A DNA stretch of 55,111 nucleotides from Octopus bimaculoides (Eukaryota): assembly GCF_001194135.2 (NCBI RefSeq), contig NC_068982.1:182242258-182297368 (forward strand). Reading direction: 5' to 3'. The stretch's first letter is position 1. Every line of letters starts with the position of its first letter. This document shows positions 1 to 11,269 of the stretch, in pieces. Both the position numbers and the translations under genes were made by a program. The notes below the pieces were generated by a model. It was not told where the DNA came from and searched no databases. It saw nothing but the letters and a program-made list of their open reading frames with translations.

Positions 1-2
1 CT

Positions 3-3
<1 letters not shown>

Positions 4-95
<92 letters not shown>

Positions 96-109
96 GAGAA
101 AGAAAGAAA
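4..109. repeat. (GAAA)n tetranucleotide microsatellite
   Basis: Near-perfect gaaa run from the window start. Confidence 0.97.
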
Positions 110-419
110 CTAAAATCAAATGGACTATGAAGTATTTGTTAGGGCAGGTTATGCTAGATGGAAATAAGGTAGGTGTATTTACAGACGTCATTAAGACGAA
201 GAAAATGGATGTTAGGTAGAGAAGAAATGGAGCGGGAGGGATAGTAATAAATTTGCTTTACTCAAGAGCGTCAAATAGATATTAAGAAACAACGAAATAT
301 AGAGTAACAGCTCTAGACAGCTAACGAGATAAATTATTAGGGGTGTATTAACAAAGGAGTAAAAGCCAGCCGTGAAGTAATAAAAGTCCCAAAACAGAGA
401 ATACAGACTACAAATATGT

Positions 420-460
<41 letters not shown>

Positions 461-2940
461 TATAAATGTATATATGTATGTATACATTTAACAATGTAAA
501 TGAAAAAGGGGATGAAAAAGACAAAACTGAAATAGATAATACTAAAAAATATATTTTAGCTAACTTCGAATACAAGCATGTACTATTCATGTGTTCTTGT
601 GTGTGTGTGTGTGTGTGTGCGTGCGTCTGTGTGTTTGCGTGTGTGTGTCTGTGTGACTGGGTGTGTGTATGTGAGTGTATGTGTGGTGGGGTTACATACC
701 GAAAACTGTGGTAAACATTAAAAATAATTGTCTCATGAGAAATAAATCTGAAAAGAAAGAGCTTAAAAAGTCTATACATACCTATATATACATAGATATA
801 TAAATATATATATATATATATGCTTACATGCATACATGCATACAGACATACATATATACATACAAACATGTGTGTGTGTATATATGTATATATATATGCA
901 TATGCACGTAAAATATATATATATATATNNNNNNNNNNNNNNNNNNNNNNNNNNNNNNNNNNNNNNNNNNNNNNNNNNNNNNNNNNNNNNNNNNNNNNNN
1001 NNNNNNNNNNNNNNNNNNNNNNNNNNNNNNNNNNNNNNNNNNNNNNNNNNNNNNNNNNNNNNNNNNNNNNNNNNNNNNNNNNNNNNNNNNNNNNNNNNNN
1101 NNNNNNNNNNNNNNNNNNNNNNNNNNNNNNNNNNNNNNNNNNNNNNNNNNNNNNNNNNNNNNNNNNNNNNNNNNNNNNNNNNNNNNNNNNNNNNNNNNNN
1201 NNNNNNNNNNNNNNNNNNNNNNNNNNNNNNNNNNNNNNNNNNNNNNNNNNNNNNNNNNNNNNNNNNNNNNNNNNNNNNNNNNNNNNNNNNNNNNNNNNNN
1301 NNNNNNNNNNNNNNNNNNNNNNNNNNNNNNNNNNNNNNNNNNNNNNNNNNNNNNNNNNNNNNNNNNNNNNNNNNNNNNNNNNNNNNNNNNNNNNNNNNNN
1401 NNNNNNNNNNNNNNNNNNNNNNNNNNNNNNNNNNNNNNNNNNNNNNNNNNNNNNNNNNNNNNNNNNNNNNNNNNNNNNNNNNNNNNNNNNNNNNNNNNNN
1501 NNNNNNNNNNNNNNNNNNNNNNNNNNNNNNNNNNNNNNNNNNNNNNNNNNNNNNNNNNNNNNNNNNNNNNNNNNNNNNNNNNNNNNNNNNNNNNNNNNNN
1601 NNNNNNNNNNNNNNNNNNNNNNNNNNNNNNNNNNNNNNNNNNNNNNNNNNNNNNNNNNNNNNNNNNNNNNNNNNNNNNNNNNNNNNNNNNNNNNNNNNNN
1701 NNNNNNNNNNNNNNNNNNNNNNNNNNNNNNNNNNNNNNNNNNNNNNNNNNNNNNNNNNNNNNNNNNNNNNNNNNNNNNNNNNNNNNNNNNNNNNNNNNNN
1801 NNNNNNNNNNNNNNNNNNNNNNNNNNNNNNNNNNNNNNNNNNNNNNNNNNNATATATGTATGTATGTATGTAGGTATGTATATATATATGCATATGCACG
1901 TAAAATATATATATATATATATTAACGAACGCACATAATCAATGCAGAAGCCATGCTTGCTACCTCGAAGGTTGCCTTTGGCGCAATAAAAGTAACGCCC
2001 TCATTTCGCCGAGTGTTAAAACACCTAAAATTCTTAGACAGGTAAGACAAATCACACTGAAGCCTATTCATCAGCGAAGGGCGTACATATTTCACCTGTT
2101 TTTGTGACTTATAAACATCATCTACCTGAACCGAATTTGAGGCGCACTGAATCAACTGTCCATTACAAAGAGTGTAAAAACCATTTGCTAGTATGCACCG
2201 AGGATGATTGTGTAAGAATAAATTCAAATACGTATTAGATGCAGCGTTAGTGTTGTAATCCTTACCGAACACATGCACTCAATACACGACCCCTATTTGT
2301 TTTTCCGGAAGGCCGCCACATTCCGCGGTGGAGATGAATCTCAGGAAGTGCCGATGGTAAAACACTCGAAAGTCACAGACAAGCGAAACAAATCAGCCCA
2401 GATCACATTCAGGAGCGACGGACGTCGATGTTTCGCCCTTTTTGTGGCTTATCAACATCACATAACAGAATCGTCTGTATACACACCACATTATTTCTTC
2501 TTAAGTTGACCTACTCTCTAACTGATACTTTCATTGGCCATTTCATTTTGGCTTTGTTTTCTTCCTTTTCTTCTTTTTTTTTTAACTAATCATTCGTGCT
2601 ACGGATAGTTTTTAAATTCATTTTTTCTTCTTACTGTGACATTGTAAACAACTTTGATATGAAACGTTCGCAGACCGTGTTTTGCTTGTCCTGTTCCTTA
2701 CTCTGATTTTTATTCGCATTTTTAGCAACTCGTGTCGGTAAACTGTGAGTTGTATAGTAAATGTTAGCTTACTGAACGTTCTTTTCATTTCAATATGGAA
2801 AGAAGTGTATAACTTACGATGTTAAAAGAGTTGTTTTGGGGGATATTGTCCACGTTCTGTCATCTGTACTAGCTGCATAAATGCTCAAAAATATCTAACT
2901 TCTTATATTTGGCCCCCTAGATCATACCTATCACATTATA

Positions 2941-3060
<120 letters not shown>

Positions 3061-3091
3061 CTTACTTGGAAATGGATGCGTGGCGTTCAAT

Positions 3092-3330
3092 TAAATAATA
3101 ATATATGCATATATGGGTACAGGACGTCACCAACAGTAAACAACATGAAATATGAAAATAAATGAGATCAATACGCAAACAGCGAGCGAAACAAATGGAA
3201 AACAGGGCAAGTAACACAAATAACGACCCTTGATCAGTTTTGAGTTGTCTATCTGCTATTCATTTCGAGCACTGAACGTTAATATGAGTCTTCGAAGACA
3301 TTTGCTCCCATAAGTACCAAAATAATATTT
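3092..3330 (-). mobile_element. Interspersed repeat (family B), probably a Penelope-like terminal-repeat fragment
   Basis: Homologous copies at 3721-3799 (inverted), 32030-32200 and, more diverged, 42960-43125. The longer copies end in ...cgtcctgtacccatatat followed by a TA-rich tail. The PLE assignment is inference. Confidence 0.6.
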
Positions 3331-5804
3331 AGGATTTATGAAGAGTCGAAGTTGAGAACAAAAATAGGACATTGAAGATATACAAGTAAACCAAACGAAA
3401 ACAAACATAGAGATTCATTAGACCAGAACGTGGGTAAAATAGCGAACTCTGGAGAATTATTTTCTTTGACAAGAGAAAAGATAGAAGAGAAATAGTATAC
3501 GTCCAGTACTTAGCACAGCCCTGGAAGAAAAGGAGGATGGTCACGTAAGGAAAATAATTATGGATAATGGTCACGTGTGAGCAACGAGAGAGTGTAATGG
3601 AGAAAGAATGAGATAGAGAGACAGATAGAAAATGGTGAAGGGGAGAAAACAGTGTAGAGTAGAGTCGCATCAAAAAGATTAAGATAAACTTACTTGGAAA
3701 TGGATGCGTGCCGTTCAATACTGTTTTCCATTTGTTTCTCTCGTTGTTTGCGTATTGAACTCATTTGTTTTCGCATTTCATGTTGTTTACTCTTGGTGAT
3801 ATATACATATTAGGCATCACTTATAATCATTGTTAATCGTGCAAAGGTTCATATTTATCAAGTTAAGTAAATCGAAGGTTTGGGTGTAAGCGATTTGTAT
3901 TATCTAGTCAAACTATCAAAATTCTCTTGGAAAAGAGAAAAATACTGCAATATTTACATCTAAATGTGTGATGCGTTTTACTTTCGTGAGAAAGATCTGT
4001 ATTGGTTTACTTATTGGAAATAGTACAGTTTGGATATGTATTCATGCACATTTCTAGCTTTCATTGCAGTCTGAAAATTGTCCTTCGGGAAATATATTAA
4101 CTCAGATCATATCTAGATTTGTTGATTTACAAGTAGATTTCTCGATATGTTCCTTTGTTACTTCTTGCATATAAATGCTTAAATACTTATCATAATCTGA
4201 GTAGGACCTTGAAATATAGAAGATATAAACGTTATTTTGCAGAGCATTCGTACTACATATTTAAAGTATCATTTGCTGAAAATGACCACCTAAACAAGGA
4301 CACGCGGATGCAAATGCAAGTGAAAGAAAAAACAAACACTGTTTTAATCACATATCCATATCACATCAAACTAATAATAAAATACACACATCTACAGACA
4401 TGTAAAGAAATTGAATATATTTTCAACTTCCTTTCTATTCGTCTTTCTGAATATTTTATAGTTGGCTATAAAATATGTCAAAATAAACACTGCTTAGAAT
4501 CTTTTACGTAGTTCGAACGTTCATAAGTAAAAGTGAGTATTTGCATTCAACAAATTAGTTTTTTGTTTTCATTTATATTTTCCTTTATGTGTTTTTTTTT
4601 TTTTTCTGACGACTCATAAACAGCAATTTTATTGTCTGGAATTTACTTGTTTCTGTTTTATTTCAAAGAATGGTATATATTGTAAACACCATGACAAAGA
4701 GCAATAAAATCGACAAGAATATGTTTTGAAATGTGAACAAAAAAAAAAAGGAAATAATAAAAATTGCAGCAACAGATGGGGATCAAGAAATAATTATCAT
4801 GAGTTATTATTTTAACATGGGAATAGACAAGTAAATCGATTTGTGTTTTATTTCAAAGCAAATGCTGAAACATAAAATAAACAGCCATTGAGATTGGAAC
4901 AATACAGTCCGCTTTGCAAACAAAACTTTTCTTTATGTTACACGAAGGAATTTTATAGACCTGTCTATATATATGTATATATTAAAAAAATGAGTTGAGT
5001 AAACACAAAAGCTCGTGGGATTTGGTGTGTAAGGAAATATAGTTAATCATTTACATAGGAGAGGAATATATGAACATAATTTAATAATTAATTTCTGAAG
5101 GGAGGAAATTCGTTAATGGATTGTCAGTTTTGTTTCTTTAAAGTGACTCCACTTGATAACACACTTACAGTGGAATCCGAGATTTCAAAAACACAGATAG
5201 ATACACTTATAACATTTTTGGTAGTTGTACTAATTGATACCATTTGGATGTGGCTGTCATGGTAGAGATCGCAATATATACGTTAGTAATTTTGTTTTGC
5301 TTTTAACAGGCTTTTATACCCAATAAATTTCACTGTTTGTGATATGAAAATGTGTATAAGCATCATTGCTTCAGTTGCTATTACACTGAAGTTTATTTAT
5401 GTGAGAACTTAAATGTTCTTCCCGTATCCACATTCTAAGTTAATATGTAATTACACTAGGATACTGAAAATATACACAACACCAGCGCCTATACGCAACC
5501 GCAGTAATTCTTTATTCATTATATCCTATATATCGCTGGTGAGATATATCTTTGGGTGTGATTACATGCTATTGACAATGCAGAACGAGGTAGAAATGCA
5601 TCTAGCATTCTCACTAGCCGCTGTTGGATATCATAAAAGATATAAACTTATGTATACAACAAATTGTCCCTTCATATGCAAAATGACATTGCTTTGAGTA
5701 TAGAACATAATGGTATACGTAGGAGGAATTATTGATAACCAAGCCATCAGAGGGTACAGAAAATATCGTCACTCTAGATGCGATATCGTGTGTTTGAGCG
5801 AGAA

Positions 5805-6027
5805 CATATTGGTTTTAAATTTTGGTACGAGACCTGTGATTTCGGAGTGGGTGTGATAAGTCGATTACATCGACTCCAGTACTCAAGTGTTACCTATTTT
5901 ATTGATCCTGAAAGGATGGAAAACAAAGTCGATCTCCGCGTAATTTGAACTCAGAACACAAAGACGGTCAAAATGTTGCTAACCAATTTGTTCGGCGTGT
6001 TAACGATTCTGACTGCTCACCGCCTTA
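5805..6027 (-). mobile_element. Short tRNA-derived SINE (cephalopod type)
   Basis: Minus strand has an A-box-like ggcggtgagcagtcagaatcgttaac, a B-box-like gagttcaaattac and a core gactttgttttccatcctttcaggatcaataaaatagg. A second copy is at 37590-37778. Confidence 0.8.
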
Positions 6028-6169
6028 AATGCACAGAACTTATTTGTTGAAAAGAAAGACGGTCACTGATAGTAGGTTTCTGATCAACGACCTGATGGAT
6101 TAGGGTTCACTTGTGCCTGAATAAACATGAACCACAACAACAATAATAGATAACACTAATCTGACGCAA

Positions 6170-6262
6170 GAATTATGGAAGGCGGGATTCGAACAGTGAA
6201 ATCTCTGTTACTAAATAACGCAATATATTTCGCCCGTTGCCCTACGATTCTGCCAATCCCTC
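6170..6262 (-). mobile_element. Degenerate SINE head
   Basis: gggattcgaac (reverse B-box-like) and acgattctgcca match the head of the neighbouring SINE family. Confidence 0.4.
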
Positions 6263-6775
6263 ACACTACCAACTACTGGAGCTAGTAATATTATCTTGCT
6301 ATATAGCAGCTATAAATTTGATGGAGATACAACATTTAAATTTATTGAGAACATTTCTAGTAAACTACTAATAAAATAACAGCTTTTATACAGTGAATAT
6401 GAATTCTTTTAGGTATAACCGAATTAATGTTTGTAGTAGGCAACGTAGCACATTATTTATTTAGAAACCTCATAATTTTAGGTTTCCATACAACAGAATT
6501 GAAAAACTGACAAATCATTCTCCACACGGAAACGATGTGATTAACATTGGAGATTTCCAAAAGATTTTAAAAGATGTTTATGTCCAACAGAATGCCTCTT
6601 ATAAAGTATACACGAATTGGACTCCACAAACCCTTTTACTCACAAATGTCCAGTCCATAATGTACTTACTATAGCAACTGTAATTAACGAGATGCTAGCG
6701 AGCAGCTCCTATTCTAAGAAGAAATCGAATATTGCATATATTGGAGATATATAAGTCGCAGTAAACAGTTGGTAA

Positions 6776-6810
<35 letters not shown>

Positions 6811-6865
6811 NNNNNNNNNNNNNNNNNNNNNNNNNNNNNNNNNNNNNNNNNNNNNNNNNNNNNNN

Positions 6866-6912
<47 letters not shown>

Positions 6913-7857
6913 TATATATATGACAGTGAATTCGTTTGGTAATCATTTATAACCATCTTTGTTGAGGTATTGATGGTATACATAATATTTTAATCTGAAT
7001 ATCAGTACATATTCTTAAACATATTTCACTTTAACGATTTCCTCTCTTCTACAGTACTAGCTTCAAAATCTTGATAACATTTCGGAAACTAACAAATTTG
7101 CATGGAAAATATTCAATATTAAGACAATTATAACCGATTATAATTCTGAATATTGAAATCGTAATTTTACATGTCGCGAATACTTCTAATTACATAAGCT
7201 TAGAATGGAAAACCATTTAGAGTTTAATGGAAATCCATTTTATATTTATATGATATAAATATTTAAATCCAATTTATTGCTGCATTTCTACATTTATTAG
7301 ATATGGAAATAATTTCATACCTACAGGACCTTGACTAATGCTGGAGCATTATTTATTAAAACTGTGACATTAAGTAGTAATTAAGTTGCACATGTTATTA
7401 GGGAAACAAATTATTGATGGGCAGTGATTAAACATAAATACCAGATCAAGTAATGTGTTGAAGTGAATCATATCAGCTACTCATATCCAAACCTAACATA
7501 AACAATAAATTGCACTATCTTGCTTGGAGAGGAAACACCGAAGTGTGTGTATTGCTGTTTCAAACTGCAATGCTTTTCAAACTAGCTTTGGACGTAACAT
7601 ATGACTGTATACAGGACTAGAATATGCGTAAGAAAAATGCGAAAAGGTACTTGCACGGAGCCAGTGTATTTGAATATCAAATACAAAATAATATTTACAT
7701 AATAAACTAGTCCACTTCAAAGCTATACCGCCCACATTACAGATTAAATTTGATTTAAAGACATAAAGAGCAGAAATCGTTACACACCTATTTTAGTAAA
7801 ACCTTAATATGTAATGTCAAATCTCTGAACGAGGTATTAACAGTAACTGCACGACAA

Positions 7858-8217
7858 GGTGAAGTATATTTGCCACTTAAATGTGGCTGACCCCTAAGGG
7901 TGGATGTTACTGTTGCTTTTAGCCCCAGGAGAACATCTCCTCCAGATGGCTATTGACACACATCTGTGTCCTGTCTGTATTTGCAAATACATCGAAGGTC
8001 GGTGATTGTCATACGCTGAGGACGGGAAAATACCCAGAAACTCGAGTCCGTACGTATCGCAGATCAAGATGGGAAGGATGACTTCCCTTTGCAAATACAG
8101 ACCGGACACAGATGTGTGTCAATAGCCAGCTGGAGGATATGTTCTCCTGGGGCTAAAAGCAGCAGTAACATCCACGCTTAGGGGTCAGCCACATTTAAGT
8201 GGCAAATATTCTTCACC
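7858..8217 (+). mobile_element. Foldback element with 130-bp inverted arms and a 100-bp loop, probably PLE-derived
   Basis: 7858-7987 is the near-perfect reverse complement of 8088-8217. No target-site duplication is visible, and the loop holds a hammerhead motif. The arms are homologous to 32285-32360 and 32630-32710. Confidence 0.8.
8012..8052 (+). ncRNA. Candidate minimal type I hammerhead ribozyme (C3-G8, GUC site)
   Basis: TACG-CTGAGGA-C GGG AAAATA CCC A-GAAA-CTCGAG-TC-CGTA. Stem I is TACG/CGTA, stem II is GGG/CCC with a C.A closing mismatch, stem III is the palindrome ACTCGAGT, and cleavage is predicted after 8048. Confidence 0.75.
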
Positions 8218-8589
8218 ATTAATATGCACTTTTATATTCTATTACTTATATCACTAAACCATATTGCGTTGTTAAAATTTTGAATAAAGGAGGAATACTA
8301 CAGCATTCATCAGTCACGTGTAAGCTAGGGGCAAATGTCCTCAATAGAAGTAGGAGTATAACTGCATTTACAATATTTTCTATCTGTAAAATAAAACAAC
8401 TTTTCATCTCGTAGATCTTCAACGTTATTTTCAACTTACAGGATTTTTCCGAACTATACAGTCATATACACTTATCTACTTTTGATATTTTTTTTCTTTA
8501 TGTCTGAAAAGAGATCAGTTTGAAAATTATATTCTTTGTTATATATTACATTGTTCAACTATTATAACCTAATAGTTATCATGCACTAT

Positions 8590-8974
8590 TCTTTTATCCT
8601 TTTACTTGTCCCAGTCATTTGACTGCAGCAATGCTGGAGCACCGGGTTGAAGTGTTTTAGTTGAACAAGTCGACCCCAGGACCATTTTCTAAGCCTAGTA
8701 CTTTTTCTATCGATCTAATTTACCGAAACTCTAGGTTACGGGGACGTAAACACACCAACACTGGTTGCCAAGCTGTGATACGGGAAACAAACAGGCTCAA
8801 AATGGGTATATATAATATATACAATATACGAGGGTTTTCTTCCAAATTCCTTCTTTGAAATTACCTCACAAAGCGGATAGTAGAAGACACATGCTTATGG
8901 TAACACGTAGTGAGACTGAACCCGGAACCGTGTGGTTGTGAAGCCCACTTCGTACCACACAGCCATGCCTGCAC
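8590..8974 (-). mobile_element. Long tRNA-derived SINE (octopus type)
   Basis: Minus-strand head ggcatggctgtgtggtacgaag...ccgggttcagtctcac (A and B boxes), central TA-rich tract and 3' end ...aaatgactgggacaagtaaaagga. A homologue is at 27296-27728. Confidence 0.85.
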
Positions 8975-11166
8975 TTAACTTTATATGAAAAAGAAAACAT
9001 TTTTTAGAAAGAACAACAAAAATTATTTATGAGAAAAGATTTATTCAATCCTTTTTCACCTTTATGTTATGTTGTTCAATCTATTGCAGATATTTTGAAG
9101 AAATAATATACATAGCAAACACTTTAACCATCTTGCCTATCGAAGGAAATTAAAGACATAACCTATTGCCCTGACCTGTTCTAATGCGAGAATATGAGGA
9201 ACACTTTTAGCAAATCATGATATATAGGATGGCAATATTGAATATGTTCAATTATTTTAATGGCTAAAGAGTGCGTTGTATATGGTGTTGCTACTTTTAC
9301 TGACTCTATTATTGCAAAGTTGTTCTGCAGTTCCCATCTTATGAGCAAAAATGACTCCCCATTTACTTCACCAATACACTTGCGAAATGAAACAAATCAT
9401 ACATTATCTAAGTCGTAGTTGTAAACAATGTTTTATATTGAATGTATAATTAAATAGCTGCGCACTAAACTACTTCAGCGAATATGTGCTGCACAAATTT
9501 GTGGTGCGCCGACTGTGTTAGGAATAAATATCAAGTTTGTATTAACGTTAATAGACTACATATGCAATAATGTATTACTCTGAATTATAAGGCACGTGTT
9601 AAATTCATACCAGAGTGGCACTAGATTTATAGATATGTTTATCGATAAATGTTTGAAACATTAAACCTGTTGAAGAATATGCTATCTAGTTGTTGGTACT
9701 GGTGTTGTTGCTATATGTGTTGTTTAACTTCAGGACTGTTGTTATCGAGTAAACCTTTCGCTACATATAATGTAACCATAATCTTGTCTCTTGCTTTCTT
9801 GACTTATGAGTTTTGCTTGTGAGACAGTATGTACAATTGTGAGCCGCACCTGCCAATTATTTCAATACATTTCGTATTAATACAAAGTGGCTTGCTAAAC
9901 TATGCATAATTTTTCAATACACCGCCCCTACAAACAAAGGGATTCTGAAGAAATTGGTTGGAAAGAGAAATAAATTTTGACTTCATAAATCTGTCTTCCT
10001 TTTACATAAACAAAATACATCCGATAATATATTTTGAGACGCTGGTAATATCCGCTTCACAAAATAAAATCATGAAAATAATAATATTTCTCAAATAAAT
10101 ATAATTCAAACCCTTGAAATATAACTTTAGAATTCCGAACATCATCAGCTCTGCCAGCATCACATAGGATAACATTTGTGCTTTATTTTTGTAGAAAACG
10201 GAAATTTTTAGAATCCTGTGGATGTTTTTAATAAGTTTCATGTTGTTGACAAAAGATATCTGCAATTGATGAAATGTTAACTATATTTTCTCCTTGGAAT
10301 TTCACATTTGATAGACAGAAAATGGAATCCTATTAAGTTTCTTCTAAATATGTTTGTTTTCGTCGAATACGTGCTTGTTAGATATTAATTTTGATGGATG
10401 GATTGTCTTACAAACATCGATTTGAGGAAACCAATGCTGCGTGCGTATAAAGACGATAATACTAGTTATTTTATTCAAATAACAGGTGTATGCGCTTTTA
10501 ACTAGACATATTTCTTTCTTGGGGCAGGCATTGGTAAATGGAAATTACACGTGTAATCTAATCTTATAAGGATAATAACCTTGTGTGTATGTGTGTACGT
10601 ATGTGTGTGTGTGTGCGCGCGTGTGTGAGTGCTTGTTTGTGTGTGTTTGTGTGGTTATAATAAAATGCTGCAACAACAACAATAACAATAATGTTTCCTT
10701 GATTAACCATTAAGAGTTCAGGAAATTTTCAGAAAAGGTGCAGGATAATATCAATGAAGGCTACATAAAAGTGCAAACGTTTAGTAGAAACAAAGAGAAA
10801 GTAATTTTCAAACAGAAAATAATTCCTAAAAAGCAAGAAGCCACAATCACATGTCACATAGAGCAAGAATAATCAACGCTGTTTCTTCTTTAAATACAAG
10901 CATATAAGTCTGAAATTTGAGTGAACGGAGTGGTGTTACAAGTAGATGAAATCTTCAAGCGGTTTAAACACACAAGTCTTTGATAGCTAAGTGGCTAAAG
11001 AATATTAGCAGACGGGCATCCAGTAGCCATGATCTAGATGCGGCGCGGACCCCTTTGTGTGTAAGACGTTACGGGCTGAAACACTTGCCTGTGCAGGATT
11101 TCCTCTCCGAAAACTTTCTACTACTCAGCTCTCTTGAGAGTTTCTTGTCATTGGCACATGGCTTGA

Positions 11167-11183
11167 TATTATTATTACTATTA

Positions 11184-11264
<81 letters not shown>
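11167..11264. repeat. (TTA)n microsatellite
   Basis: Read directly. It produces the poly-Leu tract in ORF 10980-11354. Confidence 0.97.
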
Positions 11265-11267
<3 letters not shown>

Positions 11268-11269
11268 GA

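Noticed and set aside
885-1921. The same ~40-mer (tatatatatgcatatgcacgtaaaatatat) on both sides of the first gap, with similar duplication around 46688-46697
   Set aside because: Most simply explained as contig-end overlap or a collapsed minisatellite in the assembly.
7858-8217. Initial reading of this element and 28179-28406 as classical MITEs
   Set aside because: No TSDs, the arms continue into one-sided homologues elsewhere, and the loops hold hammerheads. PLE-type inversion fits better.
9282-9344. Signal-peptide-like MVLLLLLTLLLQSCSAVPIL
   Set aside because: It stops after 20 codons with no splice donor or supporting context.
10002-10265. Hydrophobic minus-strand ORF, and similar ones at 17040-17330, 29824-30114 and 50013-50234
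   Set aside because: No recognisable domain. T-rich DNA yields hydrophobic translations by chance.
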